Positions 12,285 to 23,792 of a stretch of DNA of 64,000 nucleotides are shown in pieces; positions within the stretch are counted from its first letter, which is position 1; each line of letters begins with the position of its first letter. The translations under genes and the position numbers were made by a program. The DNA is taken from assembly GCF_902713615.1 (NCBI RefSeq), contig NC_052156.1:47310357-47374356 (forward strand), written 5' to 3'. The notes under the pieces were generated by a model. That model saw only the letters and a list, made by a program, of their open reading frames with translations. It was not told where the DNA came from and did not search any database. Origin of the DNA: Scyliorhinus canicula. Lineage: Eukaryota.

Positions 12285-15200
12285 ATGGAAAAGATTCAGG
12301 CTCCTCACCAGCTCAGGACCACCGGCAATCTCAGTGCCAACTGGCGGACATTCAAACAGAAATTTCAGCTTTACGTCGAAGCACTAGACCTCAATGGTGC
12401 GTCTGATGCACGGAAGATAGCTCCTCTTCTTACCACAGCAGGTGATCATGCCATAGAAATATTCAATTCCTTTCACTTCGTCGAAGACCAGGACAAGACA
12501 AAGTACCAGACCATCCTGGACAAATTTGACAGCCACTGTGAGGTGGACACCAACAAAATCTTCAAGCGCTCCATATTCAAGCAGTGATTGCAAGGTAAAG
12601 ATGAATCCCTCAACTCCTAAAGAACTAACCTTAGACTGCTAGCGCAATCCTGCAACTTTGGTGATATCACTGACTCCATGATCAAAGACCAAATCATTTT
12701 TGGAGTTTACTCTGATCCTCTGTGGGAACAGTTACTGAAGATCAAGCATATGACCCTGCCAGTTGCGATTGAAACATGCACTGTGCATGAGCACGCTAAA
12801 AATTGCAATTACCAGTACAAAACGGCAGAAAATGATAGACTAGCCTCCCACAAGGCGGAGAGTGTGCAGGCCATCTCCCGGATGCAGCGCCTCAACATTG
12901 ATGAAAGCGGCCATTTCACGCGTTCTTCCCGGGGCCCGACGCATGCGCGAAGCAATCTGGATAACGAAACAGCCGAAAACAGCACTGCGCAGGTGCAGAC
13001 ATCCGACAACCGCACTGCGCATGCGCAACGATGCACGGAGCGTCATGACGCCGACGTCATGACATGTGCGAACTGTGGCACCGCCCATTTAAAGAAACAC
13101 TGCCCTGTTTCAGAGGCAGACGCTGTTTAAACTGTGGGAAACCAAACCACTATACAGCCTTGTGCAGATCTACATCACCAGTCAGGAACCAGCGCTCCCA
13201 ATTCCGACAATGCGCATCCGGAGTGTGCAACACCGCCGACAGGATTCTGATACCGGCAGTGCAATGGATCCAGATGATGAATGCCTGGACAACACTTACT
13301 GTGTGGGCATTATTACGAAGTGTGAATATGCCACCACCAGACACCTCGCAAGTCCCATCAATCCTGGCTATGGATTCCGAGGATGAATGGCATGCAGTGA
13401 TGAAGGTCAACCACTGCCCCATCCAGTTCAAACTGGACACAGGTGCCTCTGCCAACCTCCTCCCACAGGCGGACTTTAAAAGAATCAAGAAGCTCCCCAC
13501 GGTCCTTCCAGCTGCCTGCAAGCTCCTGGATTACAACGGGAATGCCATCACGGCACTGGGGTCCTGCCATCTGAAAGTATCCAACCGACACTCACAAGCA
13601 CGGTTACGCTTCAAAATTGTTAAGCCAGACAGGGCATCCCTACTAGGTGCACACGCCTGCAAGCAGCTAAGCCTCATTCAAAGGGTTTACACCACAACGT
13701 CCTCCCATTTGGATCTTCAGGCCAGCATCGACGACATCCTCGCCCAATATCCAGATGTGTTCAACGGGACGGGTACGCTGCTGTATCGATACAAAATTCT
13801 GCTATGACCTGATGCCACGCCAGTGGTCCACACACACGATGAGTCCCTGCTCCACTGAGAGACCGCCTGAAGGCAGAGCTCAAGAATGTTCAGCAGAAAG
13901 GCATCATATCCAAGGTCAGCGAACAGACTGACTGGGTCAGCCCGATGGTGTGCGTAAAGAAGCCTTCGGGGGACCTGCGCATCTGCATTGATCCCAAGGA
14001 TCTCAATAATAACATAATGCGAGAACATTGCCCCATCCCGAAGCAGGAGGAACTCACGAGTGAAATGGCACACGCGCGCTTCTTCACAAATTTGGACGCA
14101 TCCCGGGGACTTTGGCAAATCCAACTGGAAGAGTCCAGCAGAAGGCTCTGCACCTTCAACACGCCTTTTGGCAGATACTGCTACAATCGCAAGCCATTTG
14201 GCATCATCTCAGCATCAGAGATATTCCATCGCATCATGGAACAGATGATGAACGGCATTGAAGGGGTTCGTGTGCACGTGGACGATATCATCATCTGGTC
14301 CACGACCCCTGAAGAACATGTTTCCCGTCTCCAGAAGGTATTCCACCGTGTACATGACTACGGCCTAAAGTTAAACAGGTCTAAGTGCTGTTTTGGAACA
14401 TCCACGCTCAAGTTCCGAGGAGACCAGAACTCGCAACATGGTGTACGCCCGGACACAGACAAAATCAAAGCCATTGAGACAATGAAAGTCCCTGAGGACA
14501 AGAAGGCGGTACTGCGCTTCCTGGCTATGGTCAATTTCCTTGGCAAGTTCATCCCGAACTTCGCCACACACACCACGGTCCAACGCAACCTGGTAAAAAA
14601 ATTAACTGCCTTTGAGTAGAAGATGGAACACCAGACAGAGTGGCTGGAGCTGAAAGCCAAGCTCACCACTGCACCTGTCCTAACATTCTCCAACTCAGAC
14701 CGGGAGACAAAGATATCTGCAGATGCGAGTCAGGATGGCATTGGTGCGGTGTTACTTCAACGAGATGACATCATCCTGGGCACCAGTAGCTTACGCGTCA
14801 CGGGCAATGACACACACTGAAACCAGATATGCTAGATTGAGGAGTGTTTAGGCCTTCTCACCGGCATCCTCAAATTTCAAGATTATGTCTCCGCCTGCCG
14901 ACATTCACTGTCGAGACGGATCATAGGCCTCTGGTCCACATCATCCATAAGGACCTGAATGACATGACGCCTCGGTTGCAGAGAATCCTGCTTAAACTTA
15001 GGAGGTATGACGTCAACTTGGTGTACACACCTGGCAATGAGCTCATCATCGCTGTTGCATTGTCCCGCTCCGTCAACTCACTCAGTGAGCCGCTGGAGAT
15101 CAGCTAGCACATCAAATCACAGGTGCAACTGTGTGCAAGCACTCTCCTGGCAACAGATGTGAAGATTGTTCTCATCCGAGATGAGACAGCCAAAGACCCC

Positions 15201-16647
15201 CTGTTGCAGCGAGTCATCCACAACTTCACCAATGACTGGCAGAAAGGGCAATGCCCACAATTTTACAGTGTTAAAGACGACCTGACGGTGATCGATGGCA
15301 TCCTCCTCAAGCTGGACAGGATTGTCATTCCTCTCAGTCTCCAGAGCTTGGTGCTGCGCCAGATTCATGAGGGATACCTGGGCGTTGAGAAGTACAGACG
15401 CAGAGCCTGGCAAGCTGTCTACTGGCCCGGCATCAGCCATAACATCACGAACATGGTCCTGAACTGTTCTACCTGTCAGCGGTTCCAGCCAGCGCAGAGC
15501 AAGGAGACGCTCCAACCGCATGACCTAGAGACCTCTCTGTGGTCCAAGGTTGGCATCGACCTCTTCCATGCGAATGGTCGCGACTACATATTCATCATCA
15601 CTACTTCTCAAACTACCTTGAAGTGCTGAAGCTACCAGACCTCACCTCACGGACCGTCATCAAAGCTTGTAAGGAGACGTTCTCAAGGCATGGCATCCCA
15701 ATCACCATCATGAGCGACAATGGCCCGTGCTTTCACAGTTGAGAATGGTCCGCGTTTGCCAGGTCAAACAATTTAAAGCATGTCATCTCCAGTCCGCACT
15801 ATCCGCAGTCCAATGGAAAAGTTGAGAAAGGGGTGCACATTGTTAAACAGCTCATCTGCAAGGCCGCGGACTCTGCTTCCGACATACACCTTGCACTGCT
15901 CGCGTACAGGGCGACTCCATTGTGTACTGGCATGTCGCCGGCTCAACTCCTGATGAAAAGGGACCTGTGGACGACACTTCCAGCCATACTCCTGCCCAAC
16001 CTTGATCACCTCCCGGTGCTGCAGAAGATGCAGCAGCTTCGAGGCCGTCAAAAGCAGGGCTGTGATGCCCATGCCACCGATCTGGCCGTGCTATCCCCGG
16101 CAGACACTGTCAGGATCAAGATACCGGATGGTGGGTGGTCTGCTCCGGCTGTTGTTCGACAGGCCGCACCCCGCTCTTATGTTGTACATAGATGTTGTCT
16201 ATGTACAGACATGTTGTCCAAAGATGTGCGGGTTAGGTGGATTGGCCATGCTAAATTGCCCTTAGTGTCCAAAAAAAAAGTAAGGTTAAGGGGGGGTTGT
16301 TGGGTTACGGGTATAGGGTGGATGTGTGGGTTTGAGTAGGGTGATCATTGCTCGGCACAACATCGAGGGCCGAAGGGCCTGTTCTGTGCTGTACTGTTCT
16401 ATGTTCTATGTTTTATATGGCTGATGGCTCCATCGTGCGAAGGAATCGACAGGCAATGCGCAAAGTTGCTTGCCCACAACCACTTTCCCCTCCATTTCCA
16501 CATGTTGAATTGCCACCTCCAGATAATTTGAACCATGAGGCCACCAGTCAGGCTTCCATCCCGCCTGTTAAGGCGCCGTCATCCTCTCCACCACCTCTCC
16601 GGTGGTCGACCAGGATCAGACACAAGCCTCAGAGACTGGACTTATGA
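12285..16647 (+). pseudogene. gag-pol pseudogene of Gypsy element 1
   Basis: Two zinc knuckles (CANCGTAHLKKHC, CLNCGKPNHYTALC), protease LDTGA, RT HVDD (YVDD mutated), RNase H DASQDGIGAVL, integrase SDNGPCF and YPQSNG. Many stops and frameshifts. Confidence 0.93.
16190..16416 (+). mobile_element. 5'-truncated HE1-type V-SINE in the integrase C-terminus
   Basis: Ends GGGCCGAAGGGCCTGTTCTGTGCTGTAC(TGTTCTA)n, a CR1-type tail. Removing it restores PRSYVVH-MADGSIVRRNR. Confidence 0.85.
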
Positions 16648-16756
16648 ACATTTGTTTTGTTTGCTCTGTTCTGTATTCCTCAGTCAGTCACGTTAGACAG
16701 ATTCATTCACATGTACATACATTCACATACATCAACAAAACATAAAAAAGGGGAGA

Positions 16757-17275
16757 TGTCATAATATGCAAACATGCAGCTAATGAACACTTCGAATAGG
16801 ACACGACCAATGAGCAGTTAGGACACTCAGGGGTGGTATCTCAATATAAAAGGGATGAGGCACTCATGCCCCACCTCTTTCCACAGACCAACATCTCCAG
16901 AGTGCGACAGGGTGTATCTTCAGCATCACACCCCAGCATGTGGCTTGGAGCAGGCTGGTTCAGTTAGACTGAGTTACTACAATTAGATTAGCAGAGAACT
17001 CATTGAGAACTGTGCTGATAGTTCAATAAACACATTGCTGGCTTTTATAGCAGACCAAGGCAGGACAGCAGCACGGTTCAATTCCCGTACCAGCCTCCCC
17101 AAACAGGCACCGGAATGTGGCGACAAGAGGATTTTCACAGTAACTTTATTTGAAACCTACTTGTGACAATAAGCAATTCTCATTTCATTTCATTTCAATT
17201 CAAAGTCTGGAGCATCTTTTACTTAAAACTGCACCAAGTGGCAGCCTGTGTTATTCCAAACGACATAACACAACA
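16757..17275 (+). repeat. 3' LTR of Gypsy element 1, interrupted by a SINE at about 17038-17197
   Basis: Colinear with the 5' LTR except for a 160-bp (CATTT)n-tailed SINE of the same family as 6031-6212. Confidence 0.92.
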
Positions 17276-17874
17276 CTTCTGGTTGGCAAAATGCATTACG
17301 CTGGCCTATACATTCCAATAGAAATTTTAATTCTTGGTAGCATTTATATTCAGTTTAGCTTTCATGTTAAATTTATATTTGTGCCGAAATTGGGTGCGCA
17401 GGTAATGACCACTGCACTTGAATGTCTAGGTCCAAGGCACAGCTAACATTTTACATGGGCCTCGTTATCGAATGGGCACAGTGCTGTAGAATTTGAGTTA
17501 GTGATGAATATTTTGCCCTCTGAAATGATGCATTTCAGTTACATTCAATGGTTGAAGAATTTGGGGCTTTCTTTCACTACAGCTGAAAAGGTTCAGGGTG
17601 ATACAATAGTCAAGTCTCAAGATTATGAAGGATGATGCAGAGGTAAATAGTAGTAGATTTCTTTCACCAGTTTATAAGGAGAGGATCCAAATGTAAGACA
17701 ATTGCAAAAAATAATTAAGCAGAAGGCACTTCTTTATATAGAAGGTGATTAAAATGTGGAATTCTTTGCCATAAACTACTATTGAAGCAGAACCTTTATA
17801 TTTAAGAGTAACCTCGTATCTGGGGCAAGAGGAGCAAGTGGGATTACTCTTGAGCGCTTTTGAAGAAAACACTG

Positions 17875-18340
17875 GGGATGCAATCCTCCCAAAAGGGAAC
17901 AAAGTCCCCTAGCGAGCACGTTTAGCCGTGTGTTTCCCGGTACTCGCCGTGCTGAGAAACACATGGCTATTCAATGCGACCTGCGTTGAATAAGGTTCCT
18001 GAATGGGGAACCCATGGCCGAGGCCACACATAGCTCTCCATTTTTTGCAGTGGGGAGCTCTGCTCCCCATTGTAGTGACTGATTGGGATGCCCTATTTAA
18101 AGGGCTTCCAGATCCCCGAGGCCCCCGAAACAATCCCTGACCTCCCCCCCCCCCTCCCCACCTAAAAAGTGATCCCGTCCATTGTGTGCGGGATTCACAT
18201 CACAATGTCTCACGAGATTGCCTTGTATATTGCGAGGCATTGCGAGCCGGGTAGATCCTGGGAATGAGGTCTCCCGGCTTTCAACGGCCATGCTGCACCG
18301 GGACGAGCTGCTTTTCTGGCGCAGCATGGCCAATTGCCAG
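17875..18340. mobile_element. Harbinger-type MITE (same family as 39264), internally deleted
   Basis: Left end GGGATGCAATCCTCCCAAAAGGGAACAAAGTCCCC matches 39264. The right end is degenerate. Confidence 0.7.
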
Positions 18341-20542
18341 CATGGCATTGATGTTCGTACCAAAGAACTTATTTCTATGCTATATTCTTCCATTGTGCTA
18401 ATTTTCTTTGCATTACTGTTCAGAGAAGACATATGTCATTATTTTCAATCTTTCGTTCTTGAATATAATTTTGACCTTAGTTAAATACACAAAGTTCCTG
18501 TATTGATTATTACCTTCATTCTTAATTATTTGATGATCCATTAAAATCTAGCTGTGCCCACCCAAACAGGCACCCCTTGGATTTCTTTATTGCAAAATAA
18601 TTTTCCTTGCACCATGTTCTGAAGTGTTTAATGGCCTGTTGCAGATTTTGTCTGTTGACATAAAAACTAACCTGAACTTTCAAGCTGAAGTCCAGACGTC
18701 CTTTGCTCCATTTACAAATCTTTGCACCTTTTTGATCATTTAAGTGTGATGTTAGCTGTAATAACGATTTGCAACATTGTGGGCTATTGGCAGACAACAC
18801 TAGTAAGTAACACAGAACCTTGAACATAACTGGTTGTATGTTCTAACCCACAAACACAAGTTTATTGCCTGTCCTTTTTTTAATGAATTGTTTCAACAAA
18901 ATATTATCTTGCTGGAGACGGCATTTCCCTTTATCCTTATTTTATGTTTTGGAGATTACTGTTGTGCACCTTCCCAACAAAGAGGATAAGCTGGAGATTG
19001 TTCCAAAGCCTCTGACAGTATCCAAAGGAAGTGCATGAAAGAAGTACAAGATAGTGGTAACCCTTCTAATTTTTCAGCTCTTTTCTGGGGACAGTCCTTG
19101 GCTTCTGATAATTCTTCCACACAACAGTGCACTTGAAATTGGAAAGCTAATCACTGATAGTTAATGGAGGAAATGGGGGTCTTGCCCACTGTCTGGAGAC
19201 TGGCCAGAGCCCAATGTTGCATATTTTAGGCAAGGCCAGCAATATTAACTGCCACTCAGACACTTAACTGGACCGGTATGGATGTGGGGGTGGGGGGGGG
19301 AGGGTTCCTCCCTGGGAGTCTTCCCTGAGAATCAAGAACCCCGGTGATAGTGATCGCACGAGCCATGATCTGCCAGCAATCAGAGGCTAGCAACTCTATT
19401 GAACAGCAGTGCCTCCAGGGAGGCCGTGGCTCCTTCCAGTATGACACCCACCTGAGTCCAAGTATCATCGCTAGATCTTAGGTCACAGGTGAGTGATGAG
19501 AGGAAGGAGTTTGCGGGTCGGAGTACTGGGCGAGAGGGTCGATATCAAGGTCAGGGAGGTGGCTTTCAGCAGGCCCACCACCTTCCTGATGTCAGTCCCT
19601 CAATCAGAGTCTTTGAAAGTGGGATACCCTGGGAGCCCGCAAGCAACACCACACAGTTTTGCTTGTCAAGTTCATTGCGTGCCAAGTTCCCTGACTGCTG
19701 CTGAATTAGCACCGCTGCTGGCGAAGTGAGGTCCTTAAGTGAGAATTAATTGAGAGCCTCAAAAGGGACGAGGGAGGCTGCCAACGGGCCCTTCCACCTC
19801 GGATGTAACTGAGGTGAAAGAGGGTTTGTGACAGGGACCCCCATCTGCCACCTCCCCACCTGATTAAATACTCCCGCTATCAAACCTGCCAAGGGGATGC
19901 CATTAAATTCCATCTGATATATGGGTAACTGCAGAAACAAAACCAATCTATTGGTAAAGAGAAATTCTAATATTACGTTGATGTCTTTATATAAACAGTT
20001 TATTAAATGAGCCAATGTACTGCACAATTTGAATGTTCACAGCATTCCTAATAAGGAAACCACCGAGCAGCAAAAGACAGCAGGCTCAGCCCAATGGGAG
20101 ATGCATTTAGGCACTGGCAACAGTACAGACCTGTTTAAAAGCCACAGCATGCTTTTGTTACCTGGCAACCATAGAGTCAATTGTATAGAAATAGGCATTG
20201 AGTATTAGTTAGCCAGTAAATAGCTCAGTTTGCAATATTACCTGTATTTTTTATAATTAGTAAATTACCTTGCTATGTGCCACCTATGGTGAAGCATGCC
20301 CAGCTTCAGGACTGTTTGAAGGGAGCAATTTTGTAGATGATACAAAGTTGGGTGGGAAGGTGAACTGTAAGGAGGATGCAGAGATTCTTCAGGAGGATTT
20401 GGATAGGATGAGTGAGTGGGCATATGCATGGCAGATGCAGTATAATGTGGATTAATGTGAGGTTATCCACTCTGGTAGCAGAAATAGGATGGCAGATTAT
20501 TATTTGAATGGATGTAAATTGAGAGAGGTGGATGCTCAGCGA

Positions 20543-20752
20543 TGATGTGGAGATGCCGGCGTTGGACTGGGGTGAGCACAGTAAGAAGTCTTACAACACC
20601 AGGTTAAAGTCCAACAGGTTTGTTTCAAACACGAGCTTTCGGAGCACGGCTCCGAAAGCTCAGGTCAAGACCTGAAGAAGGAGCCGTGCTCCGAAAGCTC
20701 GTGTTTGAAACAAACCTGTTGGACTTTAACCTGGTGTTGTAAGACTTCTTAC
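20543..20752. mobile_element. Penelope-like foldback element (inverted pseudo-LTR plus tail)
   Basis: 12-bp TSD gatgctcagcga (20531-20542 and 20753-20764), perfect 73-bp inverted arms (20581-20653 and 20680-20752), 38-nt one-sided tail. Confidence 0.8.
20668..20703 (+). ncRNA. Minimal hammerhead ribozyme motif
   Basis: CTGAAGA-A-GGAGC-CGT-GCTCC-GAAA-GC-TC: both core boxes, 5-bp stem II, palindromic AGCT stem III and a CUC cleavage triplet. Confidence 0.7.
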
Positions 20753-21825
20753 GATGCTCAGCGAGACGTTGGTGTCCTTGTGCATCAGTTTCTGAAAGTA
20801 AGCATGCAAGTACAGCAGGCAGTAAAGAGTAAAGGTAAATGGTATGTTGTCCTTCATAGTGAGAAGATTAGTGTATAGGAATAGGGATGTTTTACTACAA
20901 TTGTATAGGGCTTTGATGAGGCCACACCGGGAGTTTTGTATGCAGTTTTGGGGTCCTTATCTGAGGAAGAAGTTGCTTGCTAAGGAGGGAGTGCAGCAGA
21001 AGTTTACCAAGGTGATTCCTTGCATGGCGGGACTGTCATGTGAGGAGAGACTAAATCGGTTAGGATTATATTCATTGGCGTTTAGAAGAGTGAGAGGGGA
21101 ATCTCATAGAAACTTTAAAAATTCTGACAGGATTCGACAGGATGGATTCAGAAAAAATGTTCCCGATGGTGGGCAAATCCAGAACTTGGGGTCATAGTTT
21201 GAGGATAAGGAGTAAACCTTTTAGGACTGAGGTGAGGAGAAACTTCTTCACCCAGAGAGTGGTGAATCTGTGGAATTCACTACCACAAAAAGTAGTTGAG
21301 GTGAAAACATGTAATTTCAAGAACGAATTAGTATAGCTCTTGGGGCTAAATGGATCAAGGGATATGGAGGATGACAGGATCATAAAATTAAATTTGATGA
21401 TCAACCATGATAATGAATAGTGAGCAGGTTCGAAGGGCCGAATGGCCTCCTCCTGCTTCTATTTTCTGTGTATGTTTCTATGTATTCAATGAGTGGTCAC
21501 CACCACCAAATGGAATATGGCAAAATATTTGTCAGGGACTGTTGAACAATAATATTCCGAAGTTCATCAGAGGCATTCATCATGCTGTTTCCAATGGCAT
21601 CATATTGTTCAGCTTTTTTGGGTCCACCTTATGAATGTGTACCTATTTCATAGCTTTCCCTCTTTGCTACTGAAATTTGGTGCTTCTGATTTTTTATACA
21701 AGAACTTAACAGCTTGCTGTTAGAAGGAATTACAACAAATTACATTAACTTTGCAACATCAGCCATAGATACTTCCCTACATAGATACAGAAGTATGTAG
21801 GTAAAGTAATTTAGGTAAAGAAAGA

Positions 21826-22028
21826 GGTTTAGCTCACTTGGCTAGACAGCTGATTCTTGATGCAAAGCAAGTCCAGCAGCACGGGTTCAATTCTGTACCG
21901 GACTTCTCAACCTTGTCTCTTGCCTGAGGTGTGGTGATCCTCAGGTTAAACTACCACAGTCAGCTCTCCCCTTTCGAAGGGGAAAGCTGCCTATGGTCAT
22001 CTGGGACTATGGCGGTTTTACCTTTTAC
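21826..22028 (+). mobile_element. tRNA-headed SINE (head as 6031 family, different body and tail)
   Basis: TTAGCTCACTTGG...CCAGCAGCACGGGTTCAATTC head and ctatggtcatctgggactatggcg tail. Confidence 0.65.
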
Positions 22029-22029
22029 A

Positions 22030-22552
22030 TGGGTATTAGGAGCAGAAGTAGGCAACTCAGCTCTTCGAGCCTGCTCCGCCATTCAATCAGATCATGGCTG
22101 TTCTCTTCCTGGTCTCAAATCCACCTCCCTGCCTGTTTCAAATATCTCTCCTTTTTAAAGAAATTTAGAGTATCCAATTCATTTTTTCCAATTCAGGGGC
22201 AATTTAGCGTGGCCAATCCACCTAACCGGCATATCTTTGTGTTGTGGGGGCGAAACCCAAGCAAACACGGGGAGAATGTGCAAACTCCACACAGACAGTG
22301 ACCCAGAGCCGGCATCGAACCTGGGCCCTTGGCACCTTGAGACAGCAGTGCTAGCCACTGTACCACCGTGTTGCCCTCCCAATATCTCTTTAACTGGTTT
22401 TTAAAATCCAAAATATATCTATCTCCTTAATGAAACCATTAATGATTCAAACCCAACCACACTATGGGGCAGCGAGTTCCACAAATTCACCACCCTCTGC
22501 AAGAAGTAGTTCCTCCTTATTTCAGTTTTAAACCTACCACATCTCAACCTAT
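22030..22552 (-). mobile_element. CR1 3' end containing a V-SINE (about 22153-22376, minus strand)
   Basis: FKTEIRRNYFLQRVVNLWNSLP on the minus strand. The SINE is flanked by repeated aatatctct. Confidence 0.8.
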
Positions 22553-23177
22553 GGGCGGGTTTCTCGGACCCCCGCCGGGTCGGAGAACCCCCAGGGGGCG
22601 GTGTGAATCCCGCCCCGGCGCCGGCTGCCGTATTCTCCGGCGCTGTTTTTCGGGCAGGGGCAGGATTCCCGCCACGCTGGTCGGGGGCCATTGGCAGCGG
22701 CCCCCCCGGAAATTCTCCGGCCCCTGATGGTCCGAGCGGCCGTCTGTTTTTGGCCAATCCCACCGGCGGGGTTACGCATGGTCCCACACGGCGGGACCTG
22801 GCAAGTAAGTCGGCGGGGGCGGTCCTCAGGGGATGGGGGGGGGGGGGTTACGACCCTGGGGGGGGGCCTCCACGGTGGCCTGGCCCACGATCGGGGCCCA
22901 CCGATCTGTGGTGGGCCTGTTCCATGGGGGCACTTATTCCTTTCGCGCTGGCCCCTGCAGCGCTCCACTATGGCCGGGGTAGAGAATTGAACCCCCTGCA
23001 CATGCGCGAGATCACGCCGGCCCTTCGGCGCATGCACGAACTTGTGCAGTCCCTTCGGCGCCAACCCTTCCGGCATCCACCTAGTCTCCGAAAGTGGGAA
23101 GAAGTCTGCACTTTCGGGGGCTGTTGACGCCGGAGTGGTTGGCATGGGGACTTGCCAACTTGCCAATATACCCGCTG
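22553..23177. mobile_element. GC-rich Harbinger-type MITE A
   Basis: GGGCGGG..TTCTC left TIR, degenerate right TIR, TSD TAT (22550-22552 and 23178-23180). Confidence 0.78.
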
Positions 23178-23192
23178 TATATCTGTGACCTT

Positions 23193-23792
23193 GGGCGGGA
23201 TTCCCCAGCGCCGGTTTTCGTGCGGAGGCAGGGATCGCGCCGCGCCAGACGGGTGCCATTGGTAGTGGCCCCCCCAGCAATTCTCCGGGCCCCGATGGGC
23301 CGAGCGGCCGTCTGTTTTCGGCCAGTACTGTCGGCGTGAAATGGACATGGTACATCCCGGCGGGACCTGGCTTTGAGGGCGGCTAGTGGAGTCCTCGGGG
23401 GGGCGCAGGGGGATCCAGCCCCGGGGGAGGCCCCCATGGTGGTCTGTCCCCTGATCGGGGCCCACCGATCTGCAGGCGGGCCTGTGCCGCGGGGGCACTC
23501 TTTCCCTCCGCGCCGGCCTCTGAAAGGCTCCGCCTACCCATGTGCTGGAAACACGCCGGCGGTTCTGTGCATGCGCCAGAACACGCTGGCGGTTCTGCAC
23601 ATGCACCAACTCGAGCCGACCCACGGCGGCCCTTCGGCGGCGGCTGGCGCGGCGTCAACCCCACCGGTGCCAGCCTCGTCCCCGGAGGTGCGGAGGATAT
23701 CGCAACTTCCGGGCGGCCTGGCGCCGGAGTGGTTCGCGCCGCTCTTGGCGCCAGCGTCGGGCCATCCGGCCAGTTGCGGGAGAATCCCGCCC
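23193..23792. mobile_element. GC-rich Harbinger-type MITE B
   Basis: TIRs GGGCGGGATTC and GAATCCCGCCC, TSD CTT (23190-23192 and 23793-23795). Confidence 0.88.

Larger units (their letters stand above)
11842..17275 (+). mobile_element. Full-length but defective Ty3/Gypsy (Mag-like) LTR retrotransposon
   Basis: TG...CA LTRs at 11842-12207 and 16757-17275, 5-bp TSD CTTCT (11837-11841 and 17276-17280), PBS 12208-12220, PPT 16744-16756, domain order gag-PR-RT-RH-IN. Confidence 0.96.
20325..21485 (+). mobile_element. CR1 (HER1-like) LINE 3' fragment
   Basis: FVDDTKLGG, LYRALMRPH.EFC.QFW.P and FFTQRVVNLWNSLP motifs, with tail gggccgaatggcctcctcctgc. Confidence 0.9.

Noticed and set aside
19150-19915. 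Possible old non-autonomous DNA transposon (also about 682-1520 and 50330-50570)
   Set aside because: These look repeat-like, but termini, TSD and family could not be established by eye.
20581-20752. CRISPR-like array or terminator hairpin
   Set aside because: This is vertebrate intronic DNA with a single inverted pair and a TSD, and no repeat-spacer array.
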